A stretch of 64,000 bases of DNA, taken from the IMG/VR virus record IMGVR_UViG_3300031758_009617, one strand, 5' to 3'. The translations under genes were made by a program, and so were the position numbers. The number at the start of each line of letters is the position of its first letter. Position 1 is the stretch's first letter. Positions 1-9,572 of the stretch are shown piece by piece. The notes beneath the pieces are model-generated. The model did no database searches and had not been told where the DNA came from. It saw only the letters and a program-made list of their open reading frames with translations. Source of the DNA: an uncultured virus (IMG/VR IMGVR_UViG_3300031758_009617). Its lineage: Duplodnaviria; Heunggongvirae; Uroviricota; Caudoviricetes.

Positions 1-89
1 CCCGTAAAACCAATCGTGTTGCACTCGCATTTAAATTCCCTCCATCATTATGAATAACAACATAATTTTTTGTTGTGTCACGGGGAACC

Positions 90-356
90 TTACCCGGCAA
101 GAAATTCTTTTTTATCTTTGGTTCTGCCGCTGCGAGTTGTAGCATCACTGCTAGTGATAGTGTTGCCAGCATCTAGTTCTCCTTTTGTGGGGATGATGAA
201 CCAGGCGGCAAAATATGCAATCACAATGGGCACCGGGGTGAACAATAGGCAAAATGCTGCAATGCGTACGACAGTAACATCCCAATCGTACATCTCACCA
301 ATACCGCCACATACTCCCCCAAACTTCTTGTTAGTTTCACTTCTATACCATTTCAT
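90..356 (-). CDS. PspC-domain membrane protein
   Basis: YRSETNKKFGGVCGGIGEMY..DVTVVR motif plus TM segment typical of PspC. Confidence 0.85.
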   Translation of the reverse strand: MKWYRSETNKKFGGVCGGIGEMYDWDVTVVRIAAFCLLFTPVPIVIAYFAAWFIIPTKGELDAGNTITSSDATTRSGRTKDKKEFLAG

Positions 357-1251
357 GTTGTATCTCCCGATATTTCATCAGTGCAAGTTCTTTCGCCTTG
401 GTCTCAAGGTCTATGTCAATATTTAGTCCATAATCATCAATGAAGTTGAATGCATAATCAGAATGGGCACGAGGATTGCCCTGTACATTCTCATTGAGAT
501 TTTTACTTTCGCTGTAGTGAAACAGCGGCGTACAATCCCACGTGGTTGCTGCCAAATGCGCGGCACCATGACTTGTCATACCATCAGGATGAAAGGTATG
601 ATGAAAATAGTCAAAGGTGATGGGTGTATTGATTTGTGAATAAATGTCATCATACAATTGCTTAACCGAGAAGGCATTCGCCTTGTCATCATTCTCCACA
701 ACCAATCGCTTTTGTGTATCTTCCTTGAGCATATGGAATCGGTCAATGAATCGGTCAATGACATCCTTACTGTAATTCATCCCGACATGAATGTTTAGTG
801 GATAATAATGATTGGCAGGTAATTGCATCATAGCCATCAAATCATTGTGATGATTCAAGTCATGAATAGAACGCCGAGCCACCTCATCCTTCACAGTGCC
901 GAGTTTGACAAAATGGTCAGGATGAAATGAGACACGTTGACCACTGTCACGAATAATTTTACCGGCATCCTTCATGATATCTACAATGTCAACCATGTCA
1001 GGTAAATCATCAATCACATATTCTGAATTCCATGGGAAGATGTTACTGCCAATACGAAACACCTTGATGTTATTTGCAACATTCCAATTCAAGATAGCCA
1101 CCAAGTCCTTGGCATTCTGTAAGGCTAAAGCGGACGTGCGAACCAAACCTGTATCCTGTTGGAATGAGGCCTGGCGCATCGTCCGCCCAGTGGTGATTTT
1201 TTGCTTACCTAGTGTGACATTGATGCAACAGTAACCTACCTGATGTGGCAT
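343..1251 (-). CDS. uvsE: UV DNA damage endonuclease (UvsE/UVDE)
   Basis: GYCCIN, RVSFHPDHFVKL, LVVENDD, FDYFHH, HYSES, RAHSDY, ETKAKE motifs. Confidence 0.92.
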   Translation of the reverse strand: MPHQVGYCCINVTLGKQKITTGRTMRQASFQQDTGLVRTSALALQNAKDLVAILNWNVANNIKVFRIGSNIFPWNSEYVIDDLPDMVDIVDIMKDAGKIIRDSGQRVSFHPDHFVKLGTVKDEVARRSIHDLNHHNDLMAMMQLPANHYYPLNIHVGMNYSKDVIDRFIDRFHMLKEDTQKRLVVENDDKANAFSVKQLYDDIYSQINTPITFDYFHHTFHPDGMTSHGAAHLAATTWDCTPLFHYSESKNLNENVQGNPRAHSDYAFNFIDDYGLNIDIDLETKAKELALMKYREIQHEMV

Positions 1252-1278
1252 AACACCTCACGATTAGAGTCATATTGT

Positions 1279-1307
1279 AATATAACACCTTTAGGTGGTG
1301 TTGTCAA
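1279..1307 (-). promoter_or_regulatory. sigma70-type early promoter
   Basis: TTGACA-17bp-TATATT on minus strand upstream of uvsE. Confidence 0.75.
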
Positions 1308-1314
1308 GGCATCA

Positions 1315-1428
1315 CTACTTAGATTTTTTAGGTTTGCGAAGATGTGGTTTCACGCGAACCTTCTTCACAGTTCCTGTTTTCTTATTCTTTATTTTACGCC
1401 AAACTTCAGCGATATATTTATTCGCCAT
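1315..1428 (-). CDS. 37-aa very basic peptide MANKYIAEVWRKIRIRKTGTVKKVRVKPHLRKPKKSK (not in ORF track)
   Basis: TAATG stop/start coupling with upstream peptide; fills the gap. Confidence 0.6.
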   Translation of the reverse strand: MANKYIAEVWRKIKNKKTGTVKKVRVKPHLRKPKKSK

Positions 1429-1520
1429 TATCTCTTTCTGCGAATATTGCGTGCTCGACGCTTTTTGCTACCAACCTTTCGCCGGCCTTTACGTGGACGG
1501 TTCTTGTGTGGGTGTGGCAT
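1428..1520 (-). CDS. 30-aa Arg/Lys-rich peptide MPHPHKNRPRKGRRKVGSKKRRARNIRRKR (not in ORF track)
   Basis: AGGAGG RBS; TGATG coupling to upstream gene. Confidence 0.6.
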   Translation of the reverse strand: MPHPHKNRPRKGRRKVGSKKRRARNIRRKR

Positions 1521-2212
1521 CATTCCTCCTGTTTATCAGTTGAATTATTTTTTAAAGTTTCTGGATATAGAATTTCAAAATCTCCAGAATATAGAGGTTG
1601 TAGTATTTCAACAATCTTTTGAAGAAGAACTATATTATCTCTTGAAAGAATAGCATTTTTATTAAAACTCCCCGTATGCCATTCAAAAAATTTATCATGT
1701 ATAACATGAGACAATGAGGTGATATTCACTATACGGTATTTTTTTGGGTCACCTTTTGTGTACTTGAAATAATTTATTAGTGGCACCGTATGGGTATCAT
1801 ACTGTAGTAAATCATATAATTCATAATCCTTATATGAGGAAAGAAAATTATATGCACTTGAAATTAAATCAGGATGTTTGTTGAAAGATAATTTTAGAAA
1901 TGCTTCTGAATATAACTTATCATTTGTTAAATTATATTTAAGATTACTAGCATCTACTTTATCCCTGTAGACGAATACATTATACCAAGCCATAAATCTA
2001 TCAACAGGATCTCTATAAATGAAATATCTTTCTTTTATAGAAGGGTCATCTATTAACTCATTAGATGACTCATCACGTATAGCCAATTGTTTATATCCCT
2101 TTTTATTAAAAAAATTTTCTAAAAAAGTGGATCCGCACTTATTGGCATATACCCACAATATACCTCGAGGTATAGAAAAATTTCCGAAAAAAGAAGGAAG
2201 TGTCTGATCCAT
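1520..2212 (-). CDS. Sulfotransferase-family protein
   Basis: NKCGST (5'-PSB loop) and YRDPVDRF (3'-PB) motifs; AT-rich gene. Confidence 0.6.
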   Translation of the reverse strand: MDQTLPSFFGNFSIPRGILWVYANKCGSTFLENFFNKKGYKQLAIRDESSNELIDDPSIKERYFIYRDPVDRFMAWYNVFVYRDKVDASNLKYNLTNDKLYSEAFLKLSFNKHPDLISSAYNFLSSYKDYELYDLLQYDTHTVPLINYFKYTKGDPKKYRIVNITSLSHVIHDKFFEWHTGSFNKNAILSRDNIVLLQKIVEILQPLYSGDFEILYPETLKNNSTDKQEE

Positions 2213-2273
2213 CTTTACCCCATGTTAAACGTTAAACGACACATTTTGTCGGATGCACTGTTCCTTAAGAGCC

Positions 2274-2492
2274 TCAACATGGTTCTTGCTCAATTCGGTT
2301 GCCATCTTCATCAATTCTGGGATGTTCTCCCGTGTAAGTTGCACTTCGTTTGGATGCATTATAACTCTCCGTGTTAGGTAATCCGCTATACTCACAAATT
2401 TCTTCTTGTTTTCCAAAGATTCTATCCCAATTGTCATTGTAGATATTTTTATCTACACTTAACGGTCTGGGTGCATCTCCTTTACCATTCAT
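2274..2492 (-). CDS. Small phage hypothetical protein
   Basis: GKGDAPRP...NWDRIFG motif; overlaps upstream stop. Confidence 0.6.
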   Translation of the reverse strand: MNGKGDAPRPLSVDKNIYNDNWDRIFGKQEEICEYSGLPNTESYNASKRSATYTGEHPRIDEDGNRIEQEPC

Positions 2493-3004
2493 AAATTATT
2501 CCTCTCAAATGCCCATGTTCTTTCAACACAACCAATACATTTACTGCAATGTGATATTTTATCTATGAAACAACTATGTGTCATATTCAATAATTCTAAT
2601 AATCCTTCATTTTTGTACATCTCAATGATTCTATCTTTTTGTAATCCTTTAAAAGGTAGAACTATTTTATTGTTATTTAAATATTCGCGTTTAGGTAAAT
2701 GGTCCATATGTTCATTGCTGCCAATATATAACATATCAACTTCCACCTTTGCTAAATGTAGTGCCCATCTAATAAACGTTCTATCCTTATCTTCTTTTGT
2801 ATTCTTCACAGGGATTGTAAAAGGAAAATTCACACTAACATTATTATTTTCATTTATATATGTTACTATGTTTTCTATTCTGTCTAAGTTAATGGAAGGG
2901 TCAAGTACAGTATAAAGTTGTAACACATTATCTTCTTTAGACAATCGGTTCAACAACAAAGTACTCTCAACCCCTCCCGTAAAAAACAATCCAACTTTCA
3001 TCAA
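2489..3004 (-). CDS. QueC-like PP-loop ATPase (divergent)
   Basis: FTGGVESTLL PP-loop; C-terminal THSC..HCSKCIGC..R Zn site. Confidence 0.7.
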   Translation of the reverse strand: MMKVGLFFTGGVESTLLLNRLSKEDNVLQLYTVLDPSINLDRIENIVTYINENNNVSVNFPFTIPVKNTKEDKDRTFIRWALHLAKVEVDMLYIGSNEHMDHLPKREYLNNNKIVLPFKGLQKDRIIEMYKNEGLLELLNMTHSCFIDKISHCSKCIGCVERTWAFERNNL

Positions 3005-3219
3005 TCTTGTAAATCTTTATCTAATCCAAAAGAAACGTAATTATACCATAGACGTTCATGGAAATAATATAAGGCAATCTTTGTGATGACTTCCACACCA
3101 CCCACTGATACACCAATTTTCCAACTACCGGAAATTAATCCGGCAATTATCATGGTGTCTATAGTACCTAGTATTCGCCAACTAATGGCTTTGGCAATGT
3201 GTCGTTTACGCTGAACCAT
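3001..3219 (-). CDS. DUF2061-like membrane protein
   Basis: KAISWRILGTIDT...YYFHERLW. Confidence 0.8.
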   Translation of the reverse strand: MVQRKRHIAKAISWRILGTIDTMIIAGLISGSWKIGVSVGGVEVITKIALYYFHERLWYNYVSFGLDKDLQD

Positions 3220-3992
3220 TACAATCCCATCTCCTTACGCACGTTAGTTGCCGAGATGGATTCTGTTTGGGCATCTAGATGAATTTGTTCCACCTTGTAC
3301 CCAACATCTCGCCCATAATACACACCGGTGATGTTAGGAAGATAATAGATGTGATACCGTCCTTCATACTTGTCGCGCAATTTTTCATCAATGAAATTTT
3401 CAACTTCATATGAAGTAAACGGATTCTTTGCATCCGTGCCGTGAGTGTCACGGATACCAATCAACACCTGCCCTTCCTTTTCCAAGATGGTTTCAAACAA
3501 CTTCACATGCCCATCATGGAAGGGTTGAAAACGTCCAATCATCAATCCTGTGGGTGCCTTCCAATTGAACACAGGCCTCGGAGCAAACGTCTTTTCAATC
3601 TTGGCAACAATGTCATCTGTCTGAACATTTACATCGCCCCAAGCTGTGATTTCAACATCAACAAAATCTGGGCGAATAAACACCTTATTGGTATCTTCAA
3701 ATCGTCCTGCCTCAATGGTGTTCATGAACACGACGAAATCAGGTTCAAATGCCCAGCGCGTATCTGGTGTGGGGCATACAAAATCAGCAACACTATATTC
3801 CGTGTTGGCTACATGTGATAAGTCGCGCATGCGTGAAGCCTGACGAATTCTTCCTTCTTCTGAAAAGTCCCAATCATTGAACATCTTACGCACTTCATCG
3901 GCATTGAAATATGCCGCCTTGAGCTTTTCAGCAAGCACCTTTGCCAAGGTGGTCTTGCCTGAACCAGGTAATCCCATAACTAAAATTTTCAT
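3219..3992 (-). CDS. APS kinase-like P-loop domain fused to HxGH nucleotidyltransferase
   Basis: GLPGSGKTT, NADEVR, DFSEEGRIRQ; C-terminal GRFQPFHDGH and ISATNVR. Confidence 0.8.
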   Translation of the reverse strand: MKILVMGLPGSGKTTLAKVLAEKLKAAYFNADEVRKMFNDWDFSEEGRIRQASRMRDLSHVANTEYSVADFVCPTPDTRWAFEPDFVVFMNTIEAGRFEDTNKVFIRPDFVDVEITAWGDVNVQTDDIVAKIEKTFAPRPVFNWKAPTGLMIGRFQPFHDGHVKLFETILEKEGQVLIGIRDTHGTDAKNPFTSYEVENFIDEKLRDKYEGRYHIYYLPNITGVYYGRDVGYKVEQIHLDAQTESISATNVRKEMGL

Positions 3993-5011
3993 ACTGTCTC
4001 CGGTGAAGTTGACCAAACAATGCTATTCAGTTTATACTTATATTCATTACGAATTGTCCTTTCTACAAATCGCCTAAAATCATCAACATTACGGAACATA
4101 TGATTTGTTCCTTGATGCACAACACCAAACACACCCACTACTTCCAATACATCCACCTTGTTGATAATTAAATCTGTAACGTCATTCACATGCATGGCTT
4201 GAATGACATCATCAAGATGTAACCAGCGCACCTGTCGCTTTCTGCCTGTCGTGGCGCCAAATTCTTGCCCCACTTCTTGAATGGATGCAAACACAGCATC
4301 ATCTTGTGTGTAATGTGTTTTAAATCCTGAGTAGGTTTCATATGCCTTCATGACACCATACACATTGCGCCATGTGCGCGGAGCAATACCATTCAATGCC
4401 ACGGCGCCTGTTGTGCAATGTGAACTTGTGACATAGGGATAATCTCCCCAATCAATGTCAATTTGAAATCCTTGAGCTCCCTCACACAATACAGTTAATT
4501 CACGCGGCATCTGAAAAAAATATTGGGCAACATCAATTACGCCATAGGGCCGGGTGAAATCATTGAATGTAACTAAATCACCCAGACGATTTCCTGTACG
4601 GGCATACTTGTCCCGATAGGTGGGACCAATGCCTTGGCGTGTTGTCCCAATTTTATTATCTTGACCATCTTCGGCAATATGGGCGGGTGCCGTGATGTGA
4701 CAACGCTTATCAACATAAATGTTGGTTTCAAATCCCAATTTCTTCAACATGTTAATTTCTTCAACCAAGGCTGGAATATTTACGACACACCCAGGACCAA
4801 TAATGCAGGGAATGTTGTAGAACACCCCCACAGGAACTTGATGTGTCACCACCTTTTGTCCTTCATGATAGATGGTGTGTCCGGCATTGGCGCCGCCATT
4901 GAAACGTAAGACTACATCATAGTCACGCTGTTTTGCCAAATGATGTGACACCTTACCCTTTCCTGTGTCACCTGCCTGTAAATCAATTACAATGTCTGCA
5001 TGTTTAATCAT
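3989..5011 (-). CDS. purA: Adenylosuccinate synthetase (short form)
   Basis: GDTGKGK, GGANAGHT, IGTTRQGIGP, EGAQG, YPYVTSS, EFGATTGRKR, NKVD. Confidence 0.92.
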   Translation of the reverse strand: MIKHADIVIDLQAGDTGKGKVSHHLAKQRDYDVVLRFNGGANAGHTIYHEGQKVVTHQVPVGVFYNIPCIIGPGCVVNIPALVEEINMLKKLGFETNIYVDKRCHITAPAHIAEDGQDNKIGTTRQGIGPTYRDKYARTGNRLGDLVTFNDFTRPYGVIDVAQYFFQMPRELTVLCEGAQGFQIDIDWGDYPYVTSSHCTTGAVALNGIAPRTWRNVYGVMKAYETYSGFKTHYTQDDAVFASIQEVGQEFGATTGRKRQVRWLHLDDVIQAMHVNDVTDLIINKVDVLEVVGVFGVVHQGTNHMFRNVDDFRRFVERTIRNEYKYKLNSIVWSTSPETV

Positions 5012-5030
5012 AATATAATCCTATGTGTAG

Positions 5031-5351
5031 TTATGCCGAGAAACTTGACCCACATCCGCATCCGCCTGTGGCGTTGGGATTTTTAAATGTAAATCCGGAT
5101 TCCGTCAATGTCTTGACATAATCCAATTCAGCACCTTCAAGATATTGCGCTGAGAAAGGATCAACAATGATTTTCACATCGGCGGCGGCATCAATGAGCA
5201 CATCATCATCGGCAGCAACATCTTCCAACATGAGTGTATATTTAAATCCTGAACATCCGCCGGGCATGACACCCATGCGATAATGTTGAACATCATGCTC
5301 CTTGTTGGCACGGAGTTCTGTGATGGCGTTATCAGTTACGTGAATATTCAT
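5031..5351 (-). CDS. iscA: IscA/HesB Fe-S carrier
   Basis: GGCSGFKY and NPNATGGCGCGSSF. Confidence 0.92.
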   Translation of the reverse strand: MNIHVTDNAITELRANKEHDVQHYRMGVMPGGCSGFKYTLMLEDVAADDDVLIDAAADVKIIVDPFSAQYLEGAELDYVKTLTESGFTFKNPNATGGCGCGSSFSA

Positions 5352-5563
5352 TATCGTCCTCGGTTAACAAAACGAATTAAAGTTTGTACTGCTTGTGTGT
5401 TTTCTGGGCGGACAAATTCCAATCGTCCTGCCGTCTTGTGGTCATACACCATGGCGCCTACATATTTCTGAACACCCGAACATCCCACACATGTTTGTGT
5501 GTCAGGGAGTATTTCAAGACGTGCATTAGGAATATAACATTTGCAACGAACACAAGTGCGCAT
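5351..5563 (-). CDS. DksA/TraR-type C4 zinc-finger protein
   Basis: CVRC..IPNARLEILP.TQTCVGC. Confidence 0.75.
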   Translation of the reverse strand: MRTCVRCKCYIPNARLEILPDTQTCVGCSGVQKYVGAMVYDHKTAGRLEFVRPENTQAVQTLIRFVNRGR

Positions 5564-5624
5564 AAACACCTCCATGATGAAAATATATCTATAATATATC
5601 TATGTTACGTGAAAATGTCAAGTC

Positions 5625-6728
5625 CTAAATAAGCGAAAACATTTTAGGGCCCGCCTCAACTAGATTACGTAAATATGGTGAATATGTTTTGCCTGCCTTT
5701 GTGGTTCGTGAGGCAGCTTCCACCTTGGCACGAATTTGTACGATTAAGTTGGCGGGTGTCATAGATTCGGCATAGAGCTGAACTTTGGGATCTCCTGATT
5801 CTGAGACTTTCACAATGAGTTTGGCATTTTTCAAACGAGTGGAGTAAATGTTAATGAAGTCAGCATCAGAGAATTTTAAATTTTTATATTTTCTATTTTC
5901 CAACTTCACCAATTCAATACTGGCATCACCCAACGTGGCACCTTGATATACCAATTTGGCAATGTTCTCATAGAACGGTTTATTGTTACTAGAAACAAAT
6001 TGTTTCATTTGCACTGCGGCTTCTTTATACACAGCGCCCACAGCGGTTTTAATCATATTTTTCAGTGCTGCCAAACGTACATCTTCGCGGCTTGAAAACA
6101 ATTCTTTTTTATCATAACGAAGTGTGGCATTATATTCATTTTCTAGATGTGCGATGTTCAATCCTAGAATGTCTTTCCAGAGTTTTGTTTGCTTTAGAAA
6201 TTCATCACCTGAGATTTGTGCAAACTGCTCGCCTCCACCCACCTTCAATGAAATTTGTCGCTTATACGGTTTATTATTCACCGTGATTTTAATATCCGCC
6301 TTAGTACCCTTTTGATCCCCTACACCATCAGAAATAATGGCAACATCATCAGGTGTTTGATTGCCCAACAATTCAATGATTTCAGATTCCCATGTATCCT
6401 CCACATACTGAATTGCGGAATCATATAAATCATTCACTACAGTTCTATTGTTTCGTTGTTGCAATAACATCTTGGCAGGAGTGGGAATGTTTACATAGAA
6501 ACGAACATTATCTAGCACCACCTTACCCTTCACAGCGGAAATATCATTTAATGTATATGACACCATTGTGGCTTTGCTAAAGAAATCATCCAAGACATCA
6601 TCCACTTGAGCATGGATTAATTTTGGAGCATCACCTTGTTCACGTTCCACTTGAAGAAATTTTGCCACTAGAGTGGCACCCAGTATGGCTTCCGCCACAT
6701 CACCTCGATTGAATTTCTGTATAGTCAT
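5625..6728 (-). CDS. Hypothetical protein, possible PD-(D/E)xK-fold nuclease
   Basis: N-terminal GDVAE; TKADI...QISLK motif. Confidence 0.5.
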   Translation of the reverse strand: MTIQKFNRGDVAEAILGATLVAKFLQVEREQGDAPKLIHAQVDDVLDDFFSKATMVSYTLNDISAVKGKVVLDNVRFYVNIPTPAKMLLQQRNNRTVVNDLYDSAIQYVEDTWESEIIELLGNQTPDDVAIISDGVGDQKGTKADIKITVNNKPYKRQISLKVGGGEQFAQISGDEFLKQTKLWKDILGLNIAHLENEYNATLRYDKKELFSSREDVRLAALKNMIKTAVGAVYKEAAVQMKQFVSSNNKPFYENIAKLVYQGATLGDASIELVKLENRKYKNLKFSDADFINIYSTRLKNAKLIVKVSESGDPKVQLYAESMTPANLIVQIRAKVEAASRTTKAGKTYSPYLRNLVEAGPKMFSLI

Positions 6729-7363
6729 AAAGTTTCATCCCGGATAATGTCGTAATAGAATTTGTTACTATCTTCCGTGGAATATTTCGGTGTGTTCTCC
6801 ACACGATATTTCTTATCGGAGATGAGGCGGTGCACCACCAAGTCTTTCTTCACCGTGAAGCTGGGATCAAAGAAGCGCATTCGATTATTGGGTTGAATGG
6901 CGAAATGCCCGGAATCCAACTTTATCACATGCCCGCATTTATGATTGTCTGCTGTTTCGGCATAGCCATAGCGCAATTCTGAATAATCACCCTGACTCCA
7001 ATCTATGGTGAATAGATATTCACCCGCATGTTTCACATTGTCTCTATCATAATAGATGCATGACAAATGGCTCAAGGCGGCAAATGTGGTTACACTCACG
7101 TTGTAGCTGAAAGAATTCCAGAGTTGCAATTGTTCCAAAGGACGATGTTCACATTCCTGCCAGCACAAGGCACTGATGGGCACACCCCACCAGACACCCC
7201 CATCTTCCATGAGAATGTTGAACAACGTGGCTTCACCCGGCCGGCTCATAATGGCGAAGGCAATGCAGGGATAATATTCACCCCACCCGCGTTCATGATT
7301 TTGAAGATATTCCCCGCGCACCAAACAACTCATCACGGGAATGTTGGCGTTTAAATAGGCCAT
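6725..7363 (-). CDS. Conserved phage hypothetical protein
   Basis: Likely start MAYLNANIP; YLFTIDW, HKCGHV, QPNNR motifs. Confidence 0.7.
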   Translation of the reverse strand: MAYLNANIPVMSCLVRGEYLQNHERGWGEYYPCIAFAIMSRPGEATLFNILMEDGGVWWGVPISALCWQECEHRPLEQLQLWNSFSYNVSVTTFAALSHLSCIYYDRDNVKHAGEYLFTIDWSQGDYSELRYGYAETADNHKCGHVIKLDSGHFAIQPNNRMRFFDPSFTVKKDLVVHRLISDKKYRVENTPKYSTEDSNKFYYDIIRDETL

Positions 7364-7587
7364 TTGTCTCGGGGACAGGCACCGGGGCCCTTGGGCGAGT
7401 AAATCTTCTTGGTGATGGGACATCCACAGGCACCGCACTTCCACATTTTAATGACGGGCATGAATTCACGTTCATCACAGGTATCGCAAATGTTCGCTCG
7501 CTGATTGGCGACATGTTCTTGTTCAGGCGTGGGTTTCCGTGCCCGATGCCATGACACAATGATTTCTGAAATGTCAGGTATTTTCAT
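7351..7587 (-). CDS. Small Cys-rich Zn-binding protein
   Basis: RANICDTC, CGACGC, CPRDKW. Confidence 0.7.
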   Translation of the reverse strand: MKIPDISEIIVSWHRARKPTPEQEHVANQRANICDTCDEREFMPVIKMWKCGACGCPITKKIYSPKGPGACPRDKWPI

Positions 7588-7666
7588 AAGAGAGGGTTCG
7601 TGTTAAAGTGGACATTGTTATTTATCTGAGGCGGTGAAACATGATATTTCGTTGTGAAACGATTTT

Positions 7667-8020
7667 TCACCACCCGGAACTACATCCCCGAATTCTTCCC
7701 AGGATGGACACGGTGGCATCATCACCCCATCGCGGATGTGTGGTGCTCCCGGTGTGATAATCACGATATGTCATGAATACACGCAGCAGTCCCGGGGCGG
7801 GCGGAGATTTTCTAATGTCCCAACACACCACGCGCCCCACCTGAGGCGTGACGGGAATGCTCAAAGTGTTGACACCCGACACCCAGGTGTCATTCACCAC
7901 CCCTTCCCAGGCAACATCACTTTCAATGCGCACAATGTATCCTGACATGTTGGGTGCCAGAACATACATGGGGAAACAGGCAGAGAGAAACACACAACAC
8001 AGTATCATGTATTTTTTCAT
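7667..8020 (-). CDS. Putative lipoprotein
   Basis: MKKYMILCCVFLSAC lipobox. Confidence 0.55.
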   Translation of the reverse strand: MKKYMILCCVFLSACFPMYVLAPNMSGYIVRIESDVAWEGVVNDTWVSGVNTLSIPVTPQVGRVVCWDIRKSPPAPGLLRVFMTYRDYHTGSTTHPRWGDDATVSILGRIRGCSSGW

Positions 8021-8226
8021 GAAAACACTCCAACAATGATGAGAATGATGAGATGAATGATGTAATAGATGATGCCCAACAACAACACAATGGGTGAGAA
8101 AAAGAACAATGTTGTGGAAAGAATGGCGAGAATGGGAGGAACATCATGTCCCTGAGATTTTCGATACAACACCCAGGGTAACAGGGTGATGCATAACAGA
8201 AAGATGGAAAACAGTATAAGAGTCAT
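8017..8226 (-). CDS. Small membrane protein
   Basis: Two hydrophobic helices; ATGA overlap. Confidence 0.5.
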   Translation of the reverse strand: MTLILFSIFLLCITLLPWVLYRKSQGHDVPPILAILSTTLFFFSPIVLLLGIIYYIIHLIILIIVGVFS

Positions 8227-8580
8227 GTTTTGCTGGGAAAAATTTTTTCTATAGGGAATTCTGACAATGTATGGAGTTTTTCATGTGAGGGGGAAAGACA
8301 CGATACCTGTCAATAGGGGGTTTATGTCGCCTTACACACTATGGATGACTAGAGATTTCCCTACCTCGGTTTTCATGTCCTGTCCAGAACATATATCATA
8401 ACGCCGCCTGCCAGCACTCCTATCGCTAGGATCATCATCAGGATGAGGACATTCATCATGATGTCACCCCTTGGATGACATCCTTCGCGCGCAGCACCAA
8501 TTCCGCAAGCAGAATGCCTACAAGGGATCCAGTCAGAGTGGCGCCGAGAAATGCAAAGAAATAGGTCACGTTGTCCATAA

Positions 8581-9294
8581 TTAGCTCCTGTTGCGTGTGA
8601 TGATGACAAACCCATTGTGGTCGTGCTTCTTGGCTTCCCCCTTGCCTCGGAGTCCCACCCAGACACCCTTGGGGTCCAAGAACCTCAGGTCATGTTCGTC
8701 GCCGTCGATAACCGGGCGACCCTTGTATGTAGTAGGGAGCGGCTCGCCCTTCTTGGTGTCGAACACCACCGCCACGTTGTATCCCTGGAAAAACATCTCC
8801 TCTACGTCACCATCATTGCTTTCGCTGCGTGAGAACGTGAGGTGATAGTTTGCGGGGATGTTTCTGCGGTTCGTGTGCTTGGTGTAATCGTAAAATTGCA
8901 CCTGCGGAAATGCTGCCATGATGTTTTCATACTGGACACCCTTCACCATGACGGGGACCAGTTCCCAGCGCACGTCGGAAGTGAGGTTGAACCGGAATGC
9001 CGGGGTGAGCTGCAACCGCTTTGCCTTCCGGATGGCAGCTTCCACGTGCTTCACCAGCTCCGTGAGGAACTCAGGACGCTCCTCGAAAAACCGCCGGGTC
9101 TTGGCGATCCGGGCATCCTGCGTGCGCGTGAACCTGCCATGCCCACTGGTGTAGAGGCACGCCGTGGTGCATCCTTCGCTCGCGGAACTGCACACCTGAT
9201 ACCCCGAGATCCGCGCCGGGGCAAAATGGATGCCGAAGCTCTTGTACCCGAGGACTTCGCCCTTCACCAGCTTGGGGTTCACTTCCGTAAACAT
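8581..9294 (-). CDS. Gp88-like protein with Cys triad
   Basis: CSSASEGCTTACL, RFNLTSD, QFYDYTK, NYHLTFS, DGDEHDLRF; GGAG RBS before MFTEVN. Confidence 0.7.
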   Translation of the reverse strand: MFTEVNPKLVKGEVLGYKSFGIHFAPARISGYQVCSSASEGCTTACLYTSGHGRFTRTQDARIAKTRRFFEERPEFLTELVKHVEAAIRKAKRLQLTPAFRFNLTSDVRWELVPVMVKGVQYENIMAAFPQVQFYDYTKHTNRRNIPANYHLTFSRSESNDGDVEEMFFQGYNVAVVFDTKKGEPLPTTYKGRPVIDGDEHDLRFLDPKGVWVGLRGKGEAKKHDHNGFVIITRNRS

Positions 9295-9467
9295 TAGCGG
9301 GTCTCCTTGCAGTGAGCATTCCACTTATCGGCTGCCTGAGCCATGCGAACCAGCTCCTGCTCAATATCCGCGGTCGCAGTGCGCGAGTTTCGGACAAGGT
9401 AGAGGAGAACGGGAACCAGTGATTCCCACGTGGGCGTTGCGTCGATGGTCTTGGTCGTTTTAGTCAT
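9294..9467 (-). CDS. Early hypothetical protein (leaderless)
   Basis: ATG 7 nt after promoter -10. Confidence 0.6.
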   Translation of the reverse strand: MTKTTKTIDATPTWESLVPVLLYLVRNSRTATADIEQELVRMAQAADKWNAHCKETR

Positions 9468-9572
9468 ATAGCGTAATATAGCACCCTGGGAACCATTTGT
9501 CAAGCCCTGGCTAAGTGCTTGATTTATATGCACTTACGGGCGCGAGGGGATAAGTGCTTACGTCCCATGCAC

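Noticed and set aside
2489..3004. 7-deazaguanine DNA modification pathway
   Set aside because: Short divergent QueC-like gene; no folE, queD, queE or dpdA seen in the window
3989..5011. PurZ (Z-genome) enzyme
   Set aside because: Keeps PurA Asp (GDTGKG, not GSTGKG), the TTGRKR loop and NKVD; reads as PurA
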